Assembly (NCBI GenBank): GCA_038240665.1
Contig: JBBRGN010000001.1
Location: 1,341-65,340 of the forward strand
Direction: 5' to 3'
Length of the DNA stretch: 64,000 bases
Source: Chitinophagales bacterium
GTDB lineage: Bacteria; Bacteroidota; Bacteroidia; Chitinophagales; Saprospiraceae
The notes beneath the pieces were generated by a model. That model was not told the origin of the DNA, ran no database searches, and worked only from the letters and a program-made list of their open reading frames with translations. The stretch's first letter is position 1; every line of letters starts with the position of its first letter. The translations under genes were made by a program, and so were the position numbers. This document shows positions 58,308 through 64,000 of this stretch, piece by piece.

Positions 58308-59381
58308 ATGCTATTAGATAAGTTAGAGGCGATTCACGACCGATATATGCGATTAGAGGAGCAAATGGGTGACCCTGAGATCCTAGCGGACATGGATCGG
58401 TATAAGAAAGTAAGTAAAGACTACAAAGACCTTAAACCGGTAGTTGATGCTTATCTAGTTTATAAAAATTTAATTTCCAACCGCAATTCCGCCAAATCCA
58501 TGTTGACGGAGGAAGATCAGGAAATGCGGGACATGGCGCGTGAGGAATTAAACGACCTCGAACCAAAAATCGAAAAGCTGGAAGAAGACATCCACCTCTT
58601 GTTGGTTCCTAAAGATCCCGAAGACAGCAAAGACGTCGTGTTTGAAATTCGATCGGGTACTGGCGGCGATGAGGCCAGTCTTTTTGCCGGTGATTTGTAC
58701 CGCATGTACAGCCGCTATTTTGAAGAAGTAGGCTGGAAAGTAGAAGCCCTTGAAATCAATGAAGGCTCCGCAGGCGGGTACAACAAACTTGTACTGGAGA
58801 TTTCCGGAGAAGATGTGTACGGGAGGCTTAAATTTGAATCTGGCGCGCACCGGGTACAAAGGGTTCCCAAAACGGAATCCCAAGGTCGGGTACATACATC
58901 AGCCGCCACCGTAGTAGTAATGCCTAAACTGGAAATGGAAGATGTGCAAATCCGCAAAGACGAATTAAAGGTGGACACTTTCCGCTCCTCTGGCGCGGGT
59001 GGTCAGCACGTCAACAAAACCGAATCAGGAGTACGCTTTACGCACTTGCCTACCGGAATTGTAGCAGAAAGTACGGATGGCCGCTCACAAATTCAAAACC
59101 GCGAGATCGCTATCCAACGTTTGTACCAAAAAATCTACGATATGCAAAAAAAAGCCCACGATTCCGAACTTGCAGCACGTAGAAGATCATTGGTGGGAAG
59201 CGGCGACCGCTCTGACAAAATCAGAACGTACAACTTTCCGCAAAACCGCATTACCGATCACCGCATCAACCTTACGCTTTACAACCTGGATCAGGTATTG
59301 GAAGGTGCCATAGCTCCGGTCATCGAAGCGCTTCAAGTAGCTGAAAATGCCGAAAAAATGAAAACGGGAGATGACCAATGA
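58308..59381 (+). CDS. prfA: Peptide chain release factor 1
   Basis: EIRSGTGGDEA, HRVQRVPKTE (PxT), GAGGQHVNKT, IRTYNFPQ. Confidence 0.97.
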   Translation: MLLDKLEAIHDRYMRLEEQMGDPEILADMDRYKKVSKDYKDLKPVVDAYLVYKNLISNRNSAKSMLTEEDQEMRDMAREELNDLEPKIEKLEEDIHLLLVPKDPEDSKDVVFEIRSGTGGDEASLFAGDLYRMYSRYFEEVGWKVEALEINEGSAGGYNKLVLEISGEDVYGRLKFESGAHRVQRVPKTESQGRVHTSAATVVVMPKLEMEDVQIRKDELKVDTFRSSGAGGQHVNKTESGVRFTHLPTGIVAESTDGRSQIQNREIAIQRLYQKIYDMQKKAHDSELAARRRSLVGSGDRSDKIRTYNFPQNRITDHRINLTLYNLDQVLEGAIAPVIEALQVAENAEKMKTGDDQ

Positions 59382-60378
59382 TAAACCTCGAACCCGTGCA
59401 TCGTTATTAAAATGGCGTGCGCTGTGGCAACCATCAATGTACCATGGCTGGGGCATAACCAAAAGCTATTTTGAAGGCTGGTACTTCAAAATAGTAGATC
59501 CTGCTGAAAAATATGTTTTTGCCATTATTCCGGGCATTAGTTATGATGAGGCGGGCAATAGTCATGCCTTTATTCAGGTACTGGATGGAAAAAAGTGCCA
59601 AGCAACTTACCTTACGTTCTCTACCGACTCATTCCAACCTAAAGAGGATAAATTTGCTTTGCAACTAGGGGATAATTTTTTTTCCGCTGACAAGCTGGTT
59701 TTAAATTTGCCCGAATTAAAGGGTACGCTGCATTTGACCGGCTTGCATCCTTGGCCAAAAATGCTGGGCGCACCAGGCGTTATGGGTTGGTTCAGTTTTA
59801 TCCCATTCATGGAGTGCTACCACGGCGTGGTGAGCGTTCATCATACCTTACAAGGCACGCTTGAAGCTGGTGGCGAGCCCATTGATTTCAACGGCGGGGT
59901 TGGTTATACGGAGAAAGATTGGGGAACTTCGTTTCCCAGTTCCTGGATCTGGACGCAAACCAATCATTTTTCCGAAAGTGAACCCATTTCTTTGATGGCC
60001 TCCGTAGCACGTATTCCTTGGTTGGGCAGGCATTTTATAGGCTATATTGTGGGTTTTCAATGGCAAGGACGATTGTTTCGTTTTGCCACCTATACCGGCG
60101 CCAGCATGATAGCCGCTTTAGAAGATCGACAAGTGACCTTGATGTTTAAAGATCGCCGTTATCGATTGGAGATCATAGCAACACCTGGGCTTGGTGCCGA
60201 TTTGCGCTCGCCCATCAGCGGCCAAATGACTGGAAAAGTTAATGAAAGCATGCAGGCAAGCCTTGAGGTTAAGCTTTTTGACCGCGACCAATTGCTTTTT
60301 TCGGGAATTGGAAAAAATGCCGGATTAGAATTAGCGGGGTCAGTGGAAGAATTACTGACCAATAAATGGCGGCGCTAA
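59371..60378 (+). CDS. Tocopherol cyclase family protein
   Basis: YFEGWYFK, MGWFSFIPFMECYH, GYTEKDWGTSFP..W.W.Q. Confidence 0.88.
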   Translation: MTNDKPRTRASLLKWRALWQPSMYHGWGITKSYFEGWYFKIVDPAEKYVFAIIPGISYDEAGNSHAFIQVLDGKKCQATYLTFSTDSFQPKEDKFALQLGDNFFSADKLVLNLPELKGTLHLTGLHPWPKMLGAPGVMGWFSFIPFMECYHGVVSVHHTLQGTLEAGGEPIDFNGGVGYTEKDWGTSFPSSWIWTQTNHFSESEPISLMASVARIPWLGRHFIGYIVGFQWQGRLFRFATYTGASMIAALEDRQVTLMFKDRRYRLEIIATPGLGADLRSPISGQMTGKVNESMQASLEVKLFDRDQLLFSGIGKNAGLELAGSVEELLTNKWRR

Positions 60379-60502
60379 CTGTTTTTGACCTGGTGAGCCT
60401 GGGAATTAAATTTTTTCCTAGCGCGTTGAATATATAATAACTTGTGAGTAATGAAGCAATATAAATTTCCATTGCTTAGATTTACCAAAAAAATAAAATA
60501 CC

Positions 60503-61084
60503 GTGGGTAGCATTCAATTCAAAATTCAGCTGGAAGGCATTACGCCACCCATCTGGCGCACTTTTCAAGTTGACGCGTCTGAACCTTTTTTCGATTTACA
60601 CGAAATCATTCAGATTGTAATGGGTTGGGAAAATGCCCATCTTTTTGAGTTTCACATCAACGACCGCAAAATAGGGTTGCTTCCTGATGACGAACAGATG
60701 TGGGAAAACCATGAAAAGGTAGAGGATAGCGAAGCAGTCGCCATTGCTGATACTGGCATCAAATTGGGCGATACCTTCACTTACATCTACGATTTTGGTG
60801 ATAGCTGGGAACATACCTTAACGGTTGAAAAAATACTGGACGAAGAAACGCCATTGCCGCTTTGCTTGAATGGCAAACGTTGTTGCCCGCCGGAAGACTG
60901 CGGAGGTGTACCTGGATACCTTGATTTCCTCGAAGCCATCAAAGATCCCAAACACCCCGATCATGCCGAGATCATCGATTGGATCGACGAATTTGATGCA
61001 GAAGAGTTTGATTTACAAGAAACTAACGAGATTTTAAGCGAGTTCAACGACTGGCGTCAAGATCTTTTTAACGAAGAAGAATAG
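60503..61084 (+). CDS. pRiA4b ORF-3 family protein
   Basis: PPIWR, LHEIIQ..MGW...HL.EF, Y.YDFGDSWEH, G.R.CPPEDCGG..GY. Confidence 0.92.
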   Translation: MGSIQFKIQLEGITPPIWRTFQVDASEPFFDLHEIIQIVMGWENAHLFEFHINDRKIGLLPDDEQMWENHEKVEDSEAVAIADTGIKLGDTFTYIYDFGDSWEHTLTVEKILDEETPLPLCLNGKRCCPPEDCGGVPGYLDFLEAIKDPKHPDHAEIIDWIDEFDAEEFDLQETNEILSEFNDWRQDLFNEEE

Positions 61085-61154
61085 AAATTTTACAACGATT
61101 GGAATAAATGGCATCCTTTTTGGTACAGTGCTATTGTATTTTAATCCGTTGACA

Positions 61155-61262
61155 ATGAAGGAAAGCGTTCTAACAAAAAAGACCGCCAACGTACACAAAG
61201 ATGTCCGTTTCTGGCTGGCCGTTTTGTCGCTTTTGGCTTTAGCTTGGGTTATCGGGCACTAA
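61155..61262 (+). CDS. Small 35-aa single-TM protein (not in ORF track)
   Basis: MKESVLTKKTANVHKDVRFWLAVLSLLALAWVIGH*; basic N-terminus plus hydrophobic C-terminal helix. Confidence 0.5.
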   Translation: MKESVLTKKTANVHKDVRFWLAVLSLLALAWVIGH

Positions 61263-61289
61263 AGACCAGAAAGGCTTAACGAGAGGCTT

Positions 61290-61397
61290 AAGCGTGCAAA
61301 TTTAATTGGAAATAACTTTCGCATCTTTTTATGATCGTCAACAGCAGCTCCTTATCAAGATGCAAGGATCTTTTAAAGCCAATTAAATTTGCCGCTT
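61290..61397. other. Long imperfect hairpin (structured RNA or palindromic element)
   Basis: AAGCGTGCAAATTTAATTGG / CCAATTAAATTTGCCGCTT outer stem; GCATCTT / AAGATGC inner stem. Confidence 0.6.
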
Positions 61398-61470
61398 GCA
61401 GTCCTATTTTACACTAACCTTTTATTCCTTCATTGAGAAAAAAAATCCAGGTGCTGGTGTTTCTAGCACA

Positions 61471-61540
61471 GAAATGATTCAACAAAATAAGGCACCAAAT
61501 TTTGTACGTCTCTTTTACTGCCTTATTATCGACTCATTTC
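61471..61540. repeat. Dispersed ~70-bp palindromic (MITE-like) repeat
   Basis: GAAATGATTCAACAAAATAAGGCA...TGCCTTATTATCGACTCATTTC; homologous to 37874-37938. Confidence 0.75.
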
Positions 61541-61567
61541 TTTTGCAAAAAAAAACTAAACCACAAG

Positions 61568-62422
61568 TTATTTGATGATTTTCAAGCTCAGGTCTATACT
61601 TTGAGCGGAATGAGTAAGAGCACCCACAGAGATGTAGTCAACTCCGGTAAGGGCAAAATCGCGTAGCGTATCCAAGTTAATCCCTCCTGAGGCTTCCGTC
61701 TGATACCGTTTATTGACAATGGCCACAGCTTCCTTCAGGCGTTCAGGGGTAAAATTATCAAACATGATCCGGGTAACCTTCCCGGTATCTAACACTTGCT
61801 GCATTTCCTCCAAGTTACGTACTTCCACCGTTACGTTCAAATGCATGCCTTTGGCCAGCTGGTATTCTGCTACCCGATTGATGGCCTGAGGAATACCCCC
61901 ACAAGCATCGTTGTGGTTGTCTTTCATCATAAACCAATCATACAAGCCATCTCGGTAGTTTTGACATCCGCCAATGCGGACAGCCCATTTCTCCAAGAAA
62001 CGCAACAAGGGAGTTGTTTTACGGGTATCCAGGATGGTTACCGGTAAGTCTGCTACTTTTTCCGCGTACTTCCGGCTCAGGGTCGCTATGCCACTCATGC
62101 GCTGCATGGTATTCAGCACCAAACGCTCGGCTTTGAGCAAGGCTTGGGTATTGCATTCTACCATAAAAGCTACTTGTCCGAAGGCAATAACAGCGCCATC
62201 TTCTAGCATTGGATCAAAGACATGATCTGGATCTACCTTATCAAAAATTCTTTTTGCTACGCCCATCCCCGCCAGAACGCCTTCATCTTTTATCAACAAT
62301 CGCGCTTTCGCGCGCGCCAAAGGTGGAATACAAGCCAGCGAAGTATGATCACCTGTTTGCACATCTTCATACAACGCGCGATCGATAAAATCATCGAGTA
62401 AAAGAGGAATATTTGCTTGCAT
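61568..62422 (-). CDS. nadC: Nicotinate-nucleotide diphosphorylase (carboxylating)
   Basis: AERLVLN..QRMSGIAT, DTRKTTP, MKDNH, EVRN, MFDN, EASGGI, GVDYISVGALTH. Confidence 0.97.
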   Translation of the reverse strand: MQANIPLLLDDFIDRALYEDVQTGDHTSLACIPPLARAKARLLIKDEGVLAGMGVAKRIFDKVDPDHVFDPMLEDGAVIAFGQVAFMVECNTQALLKAERLVLNTMQRMSGIATLSRKYAEKVADLPVTILDTRKTTPLLRFLEKWAVRIGGCQNYRDGLYDWFMMKDNHNDACGGIPQAINRVAEYQLAKGMHLNVTVEVRNLEEMQQVLDTGKVTRIMFDNFTPERLKEAVAIVNKRYQTEASGGINLDTLRDFALTGVDYISVGALTHSAQSIDLSLKIIK

Positions 62423-62537
62423 TGCGCGAACGCTTTTTTGTATAAAACAGAAGTTCTTCCTTCAAAAGGCAGAATACGTTTTATATGCTTAATTAATGAA
62501 ATAGGATCAACTGGTCTTTAGGTGCAACAAGCAAACG

Positions 62538-63278
62538 CTAGAACAATAAGCCTAACTTAAAATTGATGGCGCTAACAATTCCTCTTGATTTGTCCTGCTT
62601 GTAAGCACCAGAGGAATCAATAACCGTTCCTTTGTCGCCAGTAACATCCACCACTCCTATCTGAAAACCAATCCCCCCGATTAGAGCCGTGGACTCCGAA
62701 AGGCTGTATTCGACCCCTGCGTTCAAGCCCCAAGAAATATTAATCCCGTTTACATCTCGTTTGATGTTTATTTTTTGTGCTTCATCGCCAGTACCTACTC
62801 CGGGAGCTATGATGGAGCCGCGCGATTGGGATCTGAAACCTAGAATCAATCCTGGCTCCAAAAAGTAACGGATGTAACCAAATTCTCGGGTGCGCATTTT
62901 GATCATCAGCGGTATTTCCACATATTGAAGACCGTATTTGAGCTTCACCCCTTTAGTGGCGATGGTATCCAGACGCGGGCTAAGACCTGAACGCGACCAA
63001 AAAGAACCACCATTGTAGTCATACTGCAAAGTACCGCCTTGATTAAAGGCAAAACCGATACCGGTCACAAAGGCATAGTTTTCCCGAAAATAAAATTCCG
63101 AGATCATCCCTAGTTTAAGCCCGAGATTGGTACCTGCTCGATTGATTTTGTTGTCGTCGGTACTCATCCAAGAAAGAGCTGGACTCAATTGAACGCCGAA
63201 TCTTACATTATCGACTTGTGCAAAAACCGAGGGGAGCGCGATACACAAAAATGCACCGATTGCAATAATTTTCTTCAT
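62538..63278 (-). CDS. Outer-membrane beta-barrel (porin family) protein
   Basis: Signal peptide; amphipathic strands, YVEIPL motif, C-terminal Phe. Confidence 0.85.
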   Translation of the reverse strand: MKKIIAIGAFLCIALPSVFAQVDNVRFGVQLSPALSWMSTDDNKINRAGTNLGLKLGMISEFYFRENYAFVTGIGFAFNQGGTLQYDYNGGSFWSRSGLSPRLDTIATKGVKLKYGLQYVEIPLMIKMRTREFGYIRYFLEPGLILGFRSQSRGSIIAPGVGTGDEAQKINIKRDVNGINISWGLNAGVEYSLSESTALIGGIGFQIGVVDVTGDKGTVIDSSGAYKQDKSRGIVSAINFKLGLLF

Positions 63279-63443
63279 TTTGCGCTTGTTTGGTTGTATG
63301 TGTTGTAAAGTTGTTTCACTGGTTGATTTTTGAGGTCGAAATAGGTTTTTTATCTTTTCTCCAAAACTCAGCTATTGCCAGCGTCACTTTCTAATTTTTA
63401 GCAAAGTTAATGGCTCGTCCAGAATAAAAAAGTCTTATCTCTT

Positions 63444-64000
63444 ATGAATTGGAAGAAAAACAGCTGCATGCTGGTCTCCTTTTTGCTGCTTTTGGCTTGC
63501 GAGTCCAACACCCGCAAAGATGTGCCCGATGTCTCGAAAATTCCCGTCAAACTCAACATTCGCCGGTTTGAACAGGACTTATTTCGCTTAGACACCAACA
63601 ATCTGGAGGTTCCACTCCAAGTATTAGAAACCAAATATGGGGAGTTTGCCCAGATCTATTTCAACGTCTTATTGAAATCTCGCGATAAAACGATCGCCCC
63701 TGCTGGTCATGTTGCCTATGTGCGCGGTTTTTTAACACATTCAGCGATCCGTAAGTTGTACGACACCTGTACCACGCTCTATCAGCCTTTACCCAAAACA
63801 ATTGTCAGCGATTTTGAACAGGCTTTTAAATATTACCAGTACTATTTCCCCAATCAAAAAACGCCTACGCTAACTACCTTTATATCAGAGTATACTGTTG
63901 GTGATTTTATTTATGGCAAAAACGATTTGGCGATTGGACTGGATTTTTTCCTTGGCTCTAAATATCCCTATTTACGGTACAATCCGGATAACGATAATTT
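63444..64000 (+). CDS. gldB: Gliding motility lipoprotein GldB (runs off window end)
   Basis: Open frame to the end; lipobox LLAC; RRFEQDLF, FKYYQYYFP, IGLDFFLGSKYP. Confidence 0.8.
   Translation, partial: MNWKKNSCMLVSFLLLLACESNTRKDVPDVSKIPVKLNIRRFEQDLFRLDTNNLEVPLQVLETKYGEFAQIYFNVLLKSRDKTIAPAGHVAYVRGFLTHSAIRKLYDTCTTLYQPLPKTIVSDFEQAFKYYQYYFPNQKTPTLTTFISEYTVGDFIYGKNDLAIGLDFFLGSKYPYLRYNPDNDN

Noticed and set aside
61290-61397. 6S RNA or SRP RNA
   Set aside because: Too short for 6S, lacks the SRP GNRA/helix-8 motif and is very AT-rich

Overview
64-kb chromosomal window from a Bacteroidota genome. The evidence is a T9SS C-terminal domain, GldB, a MurF-Alr fusion and TAnnTTTG -7 promoters; the gene repertoire suggests a Saprospiraceae/Haliscomenobacter-like organism (inference). 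1-15.7 kb is the tail of a surface-polysaccharide locus (asnB-type amidotransferase, Wzy-like protein, carbamoyltransferase, GT2, gmd, fcl, wecB, manC). It is interrupted by a TnpB-less Y1/HUH transposase embedded in a highly ordered array of two alternating hairpin repeats with 19-nt spacers, a ~120-bp MITE-like nested palindrome, and a degenerate AAA-ATPase/PD-(D/E)XK gene. The rest is mostly housekeeping and envelope genes (PPIase trio, murF-alr, purD, trhO, rnhB, GH3, rsmA, pdxA, lspA, tsaB, prfA, nadC, gldB). It also holds a decayed AbiL/RloAB-type defence pair, a three-amidohydrolase operon with only one catalytically intact member, tandem Cys-free ArsR paralogues, an unlisted 35-aa membrane ORF with a long downstream hairpin, and a dispersed ~65-bp palindromic repeat family. 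No rRNA, tRNA or CRISPR array was recognised.
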